This document shows, in pieces, positions 18,780-30,332 of a DNA stretch of 64,000 bases. A program made the position numbers and the translations under genes. How positions within the stretch are numbered: position 1 is the first letter of the stretch; the number at the start of each line of letters is the position of its first letter. A model generated the notes under the pieces. It saw only the letters and a program-made list of their open reading frames with translations. It did no database searches and was not told the DNA's origin. This DNA comes from Nitrospinales bacterium (GTDB lineage Bacteria; Nitrospinota_A; UBA7883; JACRGQ01), in assembly GCA_023248535.1 (NCBI GenBank), contig JAHFEJ010000002.1, forward strand, positions 2,714 to 66,713, read 5' to 3'.

Positions 18780-19844
18780 TTAGCGGTGCGCGAGGATGGC
18801 GTGCAGGGCGGCGGCGAGGGTGGCCATCTCTTCATCGGTGCCGATGGTGATGCGGAGGAAATCGGCAAGGCGCGGCTTGTTCCAGTAGCGCACAAGGATA
18901 TTTTTGGCGCGCAGCGCGTCGTACAGTTCCTGCCCGCCGTGGCGCGGGTGGCGGGCGAAGACGAAGTTCGCCTTTGACGGCAGCACTTCAAAGCCGAGTT
19001 GTTGCAGGGTGACGACCGTTGCTTCCCGCGTCTTGATGATGGCGGCGCGGCATTTTTCAAAATATTCTTTGTCATCCATCGCGGCGGCGGCCCCGGCAAT
19101 GGCAAGCCTGTCCATCGTGTACGAGTTGAACGAGTTTTTCACCGCCTCCATGCCGGTTATCAGTTCGGCGTGGCCGACGGCGAACCCGGCTCGCAGCCCC
19201 GCCAGCGAGCGGGATTTTGAAAAAGTCTGCGTCACCAGCAGGTTCGGGTATTTGCTCACCAAGGGTATCGCGCTCTCGCCGCCGAAATCGACGTATGCCT
19301 CGTCCACCAACACCACCGTATCGGCGTTGCGTTTCAGCAGCGCGTCGATCTCGGCTACCGCAGTGAAGCAGCCGGTCGGGGCGTTCGGGTTGGGGAATAG
19401 CACGCCGCCGTTTTGGGCGGGGGCGCGGCTGAGGTCGATCTGCCAATCGTCGGCGATGGGAAACGTTTTGAACGGTACGCCAAAAAGTTCGCAGTAGACC
19501 GGATAAAAACTATAGGTGATATCGGGGAACACCAGCGGCAGTTTGTTGCGGAAAAAGGCGAGGAACGCGACCGCCAGCACCTCGTCCGAGCCGTTCCCGG
19601 CAAAGACGTTTTCGGCCCTAACTCCATAATAACGGGCTATAGCGGTTTTCATCGCCGATGCGTCCGGGTCGGGATAGAGCCGCAGCCCCGCGTCCGCCGC
19701 CTCTTTAATGGTGGCGATGGCGCGCGGCGAAGGGGGATAGGGGTTTTCGTTGGTGTTGAGCTTGATGACGCTCCCCTCTTTCGGCTGTTCCCCCGGCACG
19801 TAGGGTTTGAGGGTTCGCAACCCCTCGCTCCAAAACCTGTTCAT
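18780..19844 (-). CDS. hisC: Histidinol-phosphate aminotransferase
   Basis: Class II aminotransferase. NTNENPYPPSP motif and PLP lysine motif FSKSRSLAGLR. Start MNRFWS at 19844. Confidence 0.8.
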   Translation of the reverse strand: MNRFWSEGLRTLKPYVPGEQPKEGSVIKLNTNENPYPPSPRAIATIKEAADAGLRLYPDPDASAMKTAIARYYGVRAENVFAGNGSDEVLAVAFLAFFRNKLPLVFPDITYSFYPVYCELFGVPFKTFPIADDWQIDLSRAPAQNGGVLFPNPNAPTGCFTAVAEIDALLKRNADTVVLVDEAYVDFGGESAIPLVSKYPNLLVTQTFSKSRSLAGLRAGFAVGHAELITGMEAVKNSFNSYTMDRLAIAGAAAAMDDKEYFEKCRAAIIKTREATVVTLQQLGFEVLPSKANFVFARHPRHGGQELYDALRAKNILVRYWNKPRLADFLRITIGTDEEMATLAAALHAILAHR

Positions 19845-19924
19845 GGGGAGCAATTGTAGCAACTGCGGGCAGAAGGTGGAAGGACGGGTTTGCCTGTGGG
19901 CGTTCCTTGGTGGCCCAGCTAATT

Positions 19925-20260
19925 TTATTTCCCGGCAAACTTTTCCAATGTTGCGACCAGCGGCGGTAAGTCGGCGGTAACGGTGTCCCACACCACGTTC
20001 TGATCGATATCGAAGTATGCGTGAATAAGCCGGTTTCGCATTGTGATGATATCTTTCCACGGGATGTCCGGCAGTTCATTACGGCTTTCGGCGGATATTT
20101 TTGAGGCCGCCTCCCCGATGATTTCAATCGACTTAACGAGTGACAGCAGAAGCATCCTATCGGTTTGCAGCTCTTCCCTTGTTCTGCCTTTGATGAACCT
20201 TATGGCATCAAGCGCGCCATCGCGCATGTGCTGAAGCCGTATCAGGTCATCCCTTTTCAT
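19925..20260 (-). CDS. hepT: HepT-like (DUF86) toxin of a HepT/MntA TA pair
   Basis: 111 aa. Rx4HxY motif (RNRLIHAY). Confidence 0.8.
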   Translation of the reverse strand: MKRDDLIRLQHMRDGALDAIRFIKGRTREELQTDRMLLLSLVKSIEIIGEAASKISAESRNELPDIPWKDIITMRNRLIHAYFDIDQNVVWDTVTADLPPLVATLEKFAGK

Positions 20261-20546
20261 ATACTACTTCGGCTTCGGCCAAAACTTCCTGGCGGAAGTA
20301 TCGGCTTAAATCCATCGGCGTCCTGAGGTCGGCCTTTTTGCCGATGATCCCGGAAAGCTCGTTCTCGATATGCGCCATACGGATGAGGCCGATTTTGGCA
20401 TCAGGCTCGAAAGTCACCAGAAAGTCCACATCACCCTCTTCGCGCACACCGCCCTTGATGGCGGAACCGAACACCGCCAGCCGGGCGATATTGTTTTTCC
20501 GGCAGAAATCGGCGATTTCCTTCAGGGGTATGGCAACACTTATCAT
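20247..20546 (-). CDS. mntA: MntA-like nucleotidyltransferase antitoxin
   Basis: 99 aa. NTase GS motif (FGSAIKG) and DVD. Overlaps hepT by 14 nt. The rest of the 303-aa track ORF is the wrong frame. Confidence 0.75.
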   Translation of the reverse strand: MISVAIPLKEIADFCRKNNIARLAVFGSAIKGGVREEGDVDFLVTFEPDAKIGLIRMAHIENELSGIIGKKADLRTPMDLSRYFRQEVLAEAEVVYEKG

Positions 20547-20678
20547 ACGGGTGATTATACCGCTTTTTATGCCCTTTGAGAGCGGGCCTATAGCCAAGTC
20601 TGATGACCGGCCAATTTTATTTTTCCACCTCCCGGCACTATAATCTTCCATAAACCTGCTATACGGGAGACCCCCATT

Positions 20679-21113
20679 ATGCCGCTGGTGTTTAAAGACC
20701 GCTACGAGATTGACGATTCGTTCGGCCGTCTTGACTTCGACCAGCTGGAGCAGTGGCTTTCCAACACCTACTGGAGTCCCGGCATAAGGAAAGACGAGAT
20801 CATCAAGGGGACACGGCACTCCTCCATCGCAGTCGGCTGTTATTTGGACGGGCGGCAGGTGGGCTTCCTGCGGGTGGTGAGCGATAAGACCCGCTTTGGA
20901 TATTTTCTCGACGTGTATGTGGACGAGGCGCACCGGAAGAAAGGCTTGGCGCAGGCGATGATGCGATTTGTTTTTGACCATCCCGATTTTGCGGATGTCT
21001 ATATTTGGTTGCTGATCACCAAGGATGCCCACGGCGTGTACTCGAAACTGGGGTTTACGCCGGTGCCGGAACCTCAAAATTGCATGGGGATCAAAAAACC
21101 GCGCAACCGGTGA
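20679..21113 (+). CDS. GNAT family N-acetyltransferase
   Basis: 144 aa. Acetyl-CoA binding motif A-like region (HRKKGLAQAMM). Confidence 0.75.
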   Translation: MPLVFKDRYEIDDSFGRLDFDQLEQWLSNTYWSPGIRKDEIIKGTRHSSIAVGCYLDGRQVGFLRVVSDKTRFGYFLDVYVDEAHRKKGLAQAMMRFVFDHPDFADVYIWLLITKDAHGVYSKLGFTPVPEPQNCMGIKKPRNR

Positions 21114-21223
21114 TGATCGATTCGGGCGAAAAAAAAAGGGGTGCGGTCGCGCACTCAAGAATTACGCCTCTGGCTACTTGAATCCCCGCGCTCACCGCTC
21201 CCCTGCAATAAAAAACGACGCGC

Positions 21224-21421
21224 TTATGCGCCTACCTTCACCCGCTCCCCTTTAAGCTGTTCCGGCATCTGCTTGTCACGCGGCGCAGCCGCCCCCAGCT
21301 TTTCTTTCGACTTCAATTCCGACTTGTAGCTTCCCCCGCCCGGCTCATGCCGTTGGGCGGCCCTTTTGGATGAGGTGCGCGATTCGGCGGCGCGTGAGGC
21401 CTGTGCTCTTTCAGCTTTCAT
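21224..21421 (-). CDS. Small basic disordered protein (65 aa)
   Basis: Strong SD (GAGGAGGG) 7 nt upstream of the ATG. K/R/E-rich low-complexity sequence. Confidence 0.4.
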   Translation of the reverse strand: MKAERAQASRAAESRTSSKRAAQRHEPGGGSYKSELKSKEKLGAAAPRDKQMPEQLKGERVKVGA

Positions 21422-21712
21422 TATCGTCCCTCCTCAATCGATGAGTTTCCGGCCGGCGGCATCAGGCAACGCCTGTTCAGCCCCGGACACCGGTTTTTCA
21501 CCTGATTAAAGTCTAGACCCGGTTCCCCATCCTGTCAAACGGCGGCGGCTTTATTCTCTATAGTAAAGCGGGGGAGTTCGGGCTTGACCTTCCCGCCGCG
21601 CTATGGTTTTCTACCGGCTACACGCGTGCCCGGCACCGTGTAAAAAGGGGAAAACGCAGCGCCGCTGCATAAAGATATTAATCTTTCGTTTAGGGGAATA
21701 GGGAATCCAGAC

Positions 21713-23725
<2,013 letters not shown>

Positions 23726-23745
23726 GCGATAAAAGAAACTTTAAA

Positions 23746-23781
23746 ACCCGCCGCGCATCCCGCGCGGCGGGTTTTTTTTTG
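23746..23781 (+). terminator. Rho-independent terminator of hppA
   Basis: CCCGCCGCGC...GCGCGGCGGG stem plus T9. Confidence 0.8.
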
Positions 23782-23867
23782 AGCTGAAATTCTTTAATCT
23801 TTGTGGCTCTGATACTTCTGTCTCTTCCCCGGTAGCGGCGGCACTCCTGCCGCCGATTGACGCCGGG

Positions 23868-24060
23868 TAGGTACACAATTTATTGTGTACATTGGCGCAA
23901 CGCGCCAAGAAATCCCGGCCCCTTGGGCCGATGTACATGCTGAGAGCATGTACCCACCAAAGCTTCCGGGTGGGTACACATTTAAATGTGTACATTGGCG
24001 CAGCGCGCCAAGAGTGGTCACGCCTCACGGCATGATGTACCCAATAAATTGGGTACCCAC
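23868..24060. repeat. Palindrome-dense block: two ~50-bp direct repeats, each built from GTACACAWTTWAWTGTGTAC and TTGGCGCARCGCGCCAA palindromes, plus further GTAC-core palindromes
   Basis: Seen directly. Additional palindromes ATGTACATGCTGAGAGCATGTAC and GTACCCAATAAATTGGGTAC. ATCGGCCC-N4-GGGCCGAT hairpins flank the block. Confidence 0.6.
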
Positions 24061-24096
24061 CAAGAATTATGATCGGCCCTTACGGGGCCGATGGGG

Positions 24097-24150
24097 GAAG
24101 CTTTGAAAATATTTCTGGATCCCGGCTCAAGGCCGGGATGACAAAAAATC
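24097..24150 (+). other. Conserved motif AGCTTTGAAAATATTTCTGG + variable hairpin + GATGACA (copy 1 of 3)
   Basis: 22-nt identity with the copies at 48459 and 48589. Stem sequences differ but remain complementary. Confidence 0.55.
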
Positions 24151-24281
24151 GGCCCATGCGGGCCGATTGTGCGACAGGAATGTCGCACCTACCAAGGCCG
24201 ACGACACACTGGAAAGTGTGTCCTACCGGGGGAATGCCATTCACTTCAGCTTTGATATATGGATTTGATTTAGGCCAGCGA

Positions 24282-25256
24282 TCAGCGGGCGAGGGCGAAC
24301 GCGCTGTCGATGGCGAAGAGCATCGATGACGGATCGGCCTTCCCCTTCCCGGCGATGTCGAACGCCGTGCCGTGATCCACCGATGTGCGGATGAACGGCA
24401 GGCCGAGCGTGATGTTGGCGCACTCGCCGAACGACACCGCCTTGATGGCGACCAGCCCCTGATCGTGGTACATGGCCAGAAACGCGCCGTAGCGGTCGCG
24501 TACGCGCGGGGCAAAGCTGGTATCGGCGGGTAGCGGCCCCTCCGCATCGATCCCCGCCTTATGCGCCGCCGCGATGGCAGGGGCGATGATGCGCGCCTCC
24601 TCGCCGCCAAACAGTCCGCCGTCGGATGCGTGCGGATTAAGGCCGCAGACCCCTATCGGTTTTTTCAGGCGCAGCGATTTGTGCATGAGGGCCAGCTTTT
24701 CCAGTATCGCCTTTTGCGTCACCCCTTTGATGGCGTCGCGCAACGACAGGTGGGTGGTGAGCACCACCACTTTCATGGCGGGCGAGGCGAGCATCATGGC
24801 GTATTGTTTGCTGCTTGAAAGGGCCGCGAGCATTTCGGTATGCCCCGGATACGGGATGCCCGCCAGCGCCAGCGCTTTTTTGTGTATTGGCGCGGTGATG
24901 ATGCCGCGCAGTTCCCCCTTCAGCGAAAGTTCCACCCCGGCGGCGATGTAGACGGCGGCGGCCCGCCCGGCGGCGCGGTCGATCTTTCCCGCCGCCACCC
25001 CTTTTGCGGGGAGCGCGTGCATCTCCAAAAACGCCGCGTGGCCTGCGGGCGGCAGGTGGCGTGGGTCGTAAGGTGAAAGCTTCACGGCGCGCAAATAGCG
25101 CGATGCGGTGCGCGTAAGCGCCACACGGTCGGCAATCAGCACCAGCTGCCGCCGCCGTGCTGGCGGAACCAGCGCCAGCGCCTTCAGGGAAACTTCGGGG
25201 CCTACCCCGGCGGGGTCTCCCACCGTGATGGCGAACCGCATCGATTTCTTTCCCAT
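24282..25256 (-). CDS. pdxA: 4-hydroxythreonine-4-phosphate dehydrogenase
   Basis: 324 aa. PdxA family motifs (ITVGDPAGVGPE, HTEML, DHGTAFDIAGKG). Confidence 0.88.
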   Translation of the reverse strand: MGKKSMRFAITVGDPAGVGPEVSLKALALVPPARRRQLVLIADRVALTRTASRYLRAVKLSPYDPRHLPPAGHAAFLEMHALPAKGVAAGKIDRAAGRAAAVYIAAGVELSLKGELRGIITAPIHKKALALAGIPYPGHTEMLAALSSSKQYAMMLASPAMKVVVLTTHLSLRDAIKGVTQKAILEKLALMHKSLRLKKPIGVCGLNPHASDGGLFGGEEARIIAPAIAAAHKAGIDAEGPLPADTSFAPRVRDRYGAFLAMYHDQGLVAIKAVSFGECANITLGLPFIRTSVDHGTAFDIAGKGKADPSSMLFAIDSAFALAR

Positions 25257-25312
25257 TTCATTATTCTATCCCATTCCGGCCTGCCATCATCCGGTGAGGA
25301 TGTGGTAAAACT

Positions 25313-28249
25313 GTGCGGATGGAGACCATCACCCGCATCGCGCGCGACGGCAAACTGCACAACCTCGCCCCGCGCTGGATCGAGCGCGCCGCCCGCGCCT
25401 CCTTCGCGCCGGAGCTGGCGATGGTCAATTTCTCCCGCTTCATCGAAAAGGTGGAAGAACGCAATCCGCAGCTGCTCGCCCATTTCACCAAGCGGAACAT
25501 CCCGTGGATCGCCGCGCTGTTTTCCGGCAGCCAGGCGCTCACCGATATGGCGATGCGCGACCCGGAACTGCTCTTCTGGTGCCTCCAGCCGGGGGTGCTG
25601 CACTCCATCCGCTTCAAGCGCGACATGCGCCACGAGCGGTGGCTGATGTTCGAGCGCTGCGCCGGCCCGAAGGAGGCGCTTATCCACTTCAGAAACCGCG
25701 AACTGCTCCGCATCGGCTGGCGCGACCTGTTGAAGTGGGCCGGCACGGTGGAAACCATCGAAGACCTGTCGCGGCTGGCCGACATGGCCATTGAAGGGGC
25801 GATGACCGCCGCCGAAGGGGAAATGACCGAACGCTTCGGCCGCCCGCTGCACGCCGATGGCGCGCCGGGGCGCTTCATCGTGCTCGGCATGGGGAAGCTG
25901 GGCGGGCGCGAACTCAACTTCAGCTCCGATATCGACCTGATCTATTTCCACGATGACGACGAGGGGGAGACGGAGGGGGGCGCCGGGAAAACCGGGATGG
26001 AGCGCCAAAAAATAAGCCTGCGCGAATACTGGACGCGGATGGCGCAGCGGATGACCAGCCTGCTCAACGATGTCGGGCCGCAGGGGAACGTGTACCGCGT
26101 GGACATGAATCTCCGTCCCGAGGGGAGCCGCGGCCCGCTGACCTGTTCGCTGGCGGCGGCGGAGTTTTACTATGAATCGTGGGGCCAGCCGTGGGAACGG
26201 CAGATGATGGTCAAGGCCCGCGTGGTGGCCGGAAGCGAAAGCCTCGGCGACGAGTTTCACGCCATGATCCGCCCGTTCGTCTACCGCAAGTCGATCGATT
26301 TTTCAGCCTTGCGCGACATCCAGGCGATGAAGGAAAAAGTGGACAAGCAGTTGAAGACCGGCAAGGACCGCTACCGCCACAACGTGAAGCTGGGCAAAGG
26401 GGGCATCCGCGAGATCGAGTTCGTCATACAGGCGTACCAGCTGATATACGGCGGCAAGATGCCCTGGTTCGCCGAGACCAATTCGCTGAAGGCGCTGCAC
26501 CGCATCTTCGAGCGGGGGCTGATGGGGTACGCCCACTACGCCACGCTGGCCGACGCGCTTCTGTTCCTGCGCGACCTGGAAAACCGGATGCAGATCGCCT
26601 ATGGCCGGCAGGTGCAGATACTTCCCGAAGGGGACGGCCTGAAAGAGCTGGCGCTGAAAATGAACCTGGCCGGGCCGGAACAGCTGATGGCGGAATATGA
26701 ACGGCACACCGCCGGGGCCTATACCATTTTCACCGGCTTCTTCAAGGAAGAGGCCGGGGTGGATGAAACTCCCGCCGACCTCTTCCTCGATATCGACAAC
26801 GAAGAGGCCGCGCTGCCCCAACTGGCCGGGATGAAGTTCAAGGATCCGCAAGCGGCCCTCAACGCGCTGCTGCACATACGCGATGGCGAGCCGTTCAACC
26901 ATCCGTCCAACAAAAGCCGCAAGATCTTCATGCGGATACTCCCCGCTCTTATCAAAACCGCCGCCGCCCTGCCGCTGAAGGACCGCACCATCCAAAACCT
27001 CGACCGGTTTTTTTCCGCGCATCCGGGGCGCGAGGCGCATTACGAAATTTTCGAGCAGTTCCCGCCGTCCATCGACATCCTGCTCAAAACGCTCGGCCTG
27101 GCGCAAAACCTCGCCGACAGCACCCTGATACAGCACGACATGATAGACATCCTCAGCCAGGGGTACGAACCGGTGCGGCCCGAACCGCTGGCCGCCATCC
27201 CCGCCGAAATGCGCAGTTACGACCAACAGCTCGATTGGCTGCGCAGGGAGCGCAATTCCGAAAGCCTCCGCATCGGCATCGCCTACCTTACCTCGCATCA
27301 CGACCAGGCCCGGCTGATGGGGGACCTCACCCGTCTGGCGGCGTCGTTTGTCCAGCGCTGCCTCGACCTCATCGATGAACAGATGGGGCGGCAGGGGGAA
27401 GCGTTCGGCGGCAGGCTGGCCGTGATAGGCCTGGGCAAGATGGGGCGGCGCGCGCTCACGTACGGCTCCGACCTCGACATGATGTTCTTCTTCGACGACG
27501 GCGGCGTGAAGCCGATGGAATGCCTGACCTATTACACCACCCTGGCGCGGCGGCTGCTGGCGGCCGTGGGGGGCATTTCGCAGTACGGCCAGGCCTACCG
27601 CGTCGATCTCCGCCTGCGCCCCGAAGGGGAAAAGGGGAACATGGTCATCACCGTGGCCGCCGCGCGGGAATATTACGCCACCCGCGGCCAGTTGTGGGAG
27701 CGGATGGCGCTTACCGGCGCGCGGGCCATCGCGGGGGATACCGCCTTTGGCGCCGGGGCGCTTGCCGCTTTGGACGATTTCGTGTACGCCCCCGGCCTGT
27801 CGGCGGCCGATGCGGCGCTGATGGAAAAAATGAAGAAAAAAATGGAGCGCGAAAAAATACGCGACAAGAAAAAGATAGCCATCAAATACGGCCCCGGCGG
27901 CATCGTGGATATTGAGTTCTTCGCGCAGAAGATCAAGCTTGCCCGCGTGAAAGACGTTCCCGCCCTGCGGATGTGCAACACGCTGGAGACGCTCCTCATG
28001 GCGCGCGGCGGCGGCTGGGTGGGCGGCGATATCGACGGCATCATCGCCTCGTACAAACTGCTGCGCCGCGTGGAGATACACATGCGGATGGAATACGGGC
28101 GCGGCGCGGAAACGCTGCCCGAATCGCCGGAGGAGATGAAAATCCTCGAGGAGATACTCTCCCCCTTTGAACAGCTTGGCGGCCCGCTGGCCGATACGAT
28201 GGACGCGGCGATGGCGCGGGCGCATAAGGCCATAGCCGCCGCGTCATGA
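25313..28249 (+). CDS. glnE: Bifunctional glutamine synthetase adenylyltransferase/adenylyl-removing enzyme
   Basis: 978 aa. Two GlnE nucleotidyltransferase domains (..GKLGGRELNFSSDIDLIYF.. and ..GKMGRRALTYGSDLDMMFF..). Confidence 0.88.
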   Translation: MRMETITRIARDGKLHNLAPRWIERAARASFAPELAMVNFSRFIEKVEERNPQLLAHFTKRNIPWIAALFSGSQALTDMAMRDPELLFWCLQPGVLHSIRFKRDMRHERWLMFERCAGPKEALIHFRNRELLRIGWRDLLKWAGTVETIEDLSRLADMAIEGAMTAAEGEMTERFGRPLHADGAPGRFIVLGMGKLGGRELNFSSDIDLIYFHDDDEGETEGGAGKTGMERQKISLREYWTRMAQRMTSLLNDVGPQGNVYRVDMNLRPEGSRGPLTCSLAAAEFYYESWGQPWERQMMVKARVVAGSESLGDEFHAMIRPFVYRKSIDFSALRDIQAMKEKVDKQLKTGKDRYRHNVKLGKGGIREIEFVIQAYQLIYGGKMPWFAETNSLKALHRIFERGLMGYAHYATLADALLFLRDLENRMQIAYGRQVQILPEGDGLKELALKMNLAGPEQLMAEYERHTAGAYTIFTGFFKEEAGVDETPADLFLDIDNEEAALPQLAGMKFKDPQAALNALLHIRDGEPFNHPSNKSRKIFMRILPALIKTAAALPLKDRTIQNLDRFFSAHPGREAHYEIFEQFPPSIDILLKTLGLAQNLADSTLIQHDMIDILSQGYEPVRPEPLAAIPAEMRSYDQQLDWLRRERNSESLRIGIAYLTSHHDQARLMGDLTRLAASFVQRCLDLIDEQMGRQGEAFGGRLAVIGLGKMGRRALTYGSDLDMMFFFDDGGVKPMECLTYYTTLARRLLAAVGGISQYGQAYRVDLRLRPEGEKGNMVITVAAAREYYATRGQLWERMALTGARAIAGDTAFGAGALAALDDFVYAPGLSAADAALMEKMKKKMEREKIRDKKKIAIKYGPGGIVDIEFFAQKIKLARVKDVPALRMCNTLETLLMARGGGWVGGDIDGIIASYKLLRRVEIHMRMEYGRGAETLPESPEEMKILEEILSPFEQLGGPLADTMDAAMARAHKAIAAAS

Positions 28250-29349
28250 ACATCAGCGAGGCCGATGCCCGTATCGCCCTCAACGCGCTTTCCAACATCG
28301 GCCCCGCCAATTTCCACCACCTGCTGGCGCGCTTCGGTTCCGCCGCCGCCGCGCTGGCCGCCGATGCCGGTGCGCTTGAGGGAACTCCCGGCATCGGCCC
28401 CAAGGCGGCCGCCCAGATAGCGGCGTGCGACGGCGCAAAGACCGCCGCGCGCGAACGGGCCGCCGCGGAAAAGCAGGGGGTGGCCATCGCCACGCTGTTG
28501 GACGATTCCTATCCGGCCAACCTGAAAATGGCGCACACGCCGCCGCCGGTGCTCTACATCGCCGGAGAAATCCGGCGCGAAGACGCGCTGGCGGTGGCGG
28601 TGATCGGCACCCGCAGCCCGTCCCCCTATGGCCGGATCGCCGTTGAAAACTTCACCGCCATGCTGGCGAAGCGCGGCCTCGCCATTATCAGCGGCATGGC
28701 GCGCGGCATCGATACGATGGCCCACCGCGCCGCGCTGGAGGCGGGCGGCCGCACCATCGCGGTGCTGGGCAGCGGCCTGGACCGGTGCTATCCGCCGGAA
28801 AACGGCGAGCTGTTCAAACAGATCGCCCGATCAGGGGCGGTCATCTCGCAATTCCCCTTCGGCGCGGAGCCGGACAAGCGGAACTTTCCCATACGCAACC
28901 GCATCATCAGCGGCCTTTCGCTGGGCGTGCTGGTGATCGAAGCGGGCGAAAAGAGCGGCACCATGAGCACCGCCTACGGCGCGCTGGACGAGGGACGCGA
29001 GGTTTTTGCCGTGCCGGGGCGCATCGATTCCCCCAAGTCGATCGGCTGCAACCGGTTGCTCCAGAAAGGGGCCAAGCTGGTCATATCGCCGGACGACGTG
29101 GTGAACGAGTTTCCCCCGGAAGTGCGGGCGGCGCTTGCCGCCCCCTCCGCGGGTGAAGTGCGCGCGCCGCTTTCACCGGACGCGGCGCGGATCGTGGCCC
29201 TCCTCGGCGACGGCGAACGGCATGTGGACTATCTGGTGGAAGGGATCGGCCTGCCGAGCGGCGTGGTGCTCGGCATCCTGCTGGAGATGGAACTGCGCGG
29301 CACGGTGCGGCAACTGCCGGGAAAACTGTTCGCCCTGCTGAAAAAATAA
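28246..29349 (+). CDS. dprA: DNA processing protein DprA (Smf)
   Basis: 367 aa. Rossmann-like DprA core (AVIGTRSPSPYG, GMARGIDTMAHRAAL). ATGA overlap with glnE. Confidence 0.85.
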   Translation: MNISEADARIALNALSNIGPANFHHLLARFGSAAAALAADAGALEGTPGIGPKAAAQIAACDGAKTAARERAAAEKQGVAIATLLDDSYPANLKMAHTPPPVLYIAGEIRREDALAVAVIGTRSPSPYGRIAVENFTAMLAKRGLAIISGMARGIDTMAHRAALEAGGRTIAVLGSGLDRCYPPENGELFKQIARSGAVISQFPFGAEPDKRNFPIRNRIISGLSLGVLVIEAGEKSGTMSTAYGALDEGREVFAVPGRIDSPKSIGCNRLLQKGAKLVISPDDVVNEFPPEVRAALAAPSAGEVRAPLSPDAARIVALLGDGERHVDYLVEGIGLPSGVVLGILLEMELRGTVRQLPGKLFALLKK

Positions 29350-29356
29350 AAATCTT

Positions 29357-29425
29357 TTTCCCGCTGTCATCCCGGCCGGAGTTTACCCCCGCGAAGGCGG
29401 GGGCGGGGATGACAGCGGGAAAATA
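29357..29425. terminator. Bidirectional terminator: 18-bp perfect inverted repeat TTTTCCCGCTGTCATCCC...GGGATGACAGCGGGAAAA with a nested hairpin
   Basis: Between the convergent dprA and OMP genes. A/T tracts on both sides. Confidence 0.7.
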
Positions 29426-29447
29426 TTCTCCGCTATGCCAGGAACGC

Positions 29448-30239
29448 CTAGAACGACGCGCCGATGGCCGCGTACGGGCCGCTGAAACTGATGCTGGTCT
29501 TGAGGTTGTCGGTATCCAGCGTGATCTTCTGCGAGCTGTAGCCAAGCGCCAGATAGAGCACCGGTACCGGATGAATCCCCACTTCCACGCCCCAGTCGGT
29601 GATGCTGTTGCTCCCGGCGCTCAGGGTTTTATATTGCGCGTTGAAGGAAAGGAAATGGATGGGATAGACGCCGAGGCCGACATAGAGCATGGGAACCGGG
29701 ATCGAGGCGGTTTTTTCCTCCGTCTTGTTCGCCACGCCCGCCACGGTGCCGGTCAGCTTGCCGCTGAACGACAGCGAGCGGATGTTGATGCCGATCTCCG
29801 GATCGATAATGCCGGCGGTGGCCGTTTTGATTAACGGTATGTCGTAGAAAAGGCCGAAATCGACCGCGTTCAACGTCAGCTCCGTGTGGATGAGCGTGTT
29901 GGCCTGGAAGGTTTGGCCGCCGTACGTGAGCGCCGCCGTGCCGGTCTTGTCCCCCGAAAAACTCATCGGCAGGTAGCTGATGTAGAAATTGGGGATGATC
30001 GGGATGGCGTGCTTGATCTTAAGCTGCCCCGTGATGTCGCCGTGATCGCCCAGATTCAGGGTGTCTTTAAGGTTCGCGGAAGTCGCCGCCGACGATCCGC
30101 CGCCAACCTCCACCGTGCCGGACGGGGAGCGGGTGGTGGAACCCACGCTGAGGCTGACGTCCAGTCCCGGCAGCGCGTACGCGCGCGGAACGGCGGTCAG
30201 CGTCAAAATGCAAAATGCAAAAAATACTTTTTTAAACAC
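29448..30239 (-). CDS. Outer-membrane beta-barrel protein (OmpW/OmpA-like, 8-10 strands)
   Basis: Signal peptide. Alternating amphipathic strands. C-terminal aromatic residue (…AIGASF). Confidence 0.65.
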   Translation of the reverse strand: MFKKVFFAFCILTLTAVPRAYALPGLDVSLSVGSTTRSPSGTVEVGGGSSAATSANLKDTLNLGDHGDITGQLKIKHAIPIIPNFYISYLPMSFSGDKTGTAALTYGGQTFQANTLIHTELTLNAVDFGLFYDIPLIKTATAGIIDPEIGINIRSLSFSGKLTGTVAGVANKTEEKTASIPVPMLYVGLGVYPIHFLSFNAQYKTLSAGSNSITDWGVEVGIHPVPVLYLALGYSSQKITLDTDNLKTSISFSGPYAAIGASF

Positions 30240-30332
30240 GTTATTCTCCTAATCGCCAATTACCGGTGAATTACTTTCCCACTTGTCATTGCGTATCATA
30301 TCCCCAAAAGAGCGCTCCGGGAAAGCTTTCGC

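Noticed and set aside
20547-21158. Upstream 200 codons of the 303-aa minus-strand ORF 20247-21158
   Set aside because: Only the C-terminal 99 aa (MntA, start 20546) show protein-like sequence. The remainder overlaps the GNAT gene on the opposite strand and is Arg/Pro-rich frame noise.
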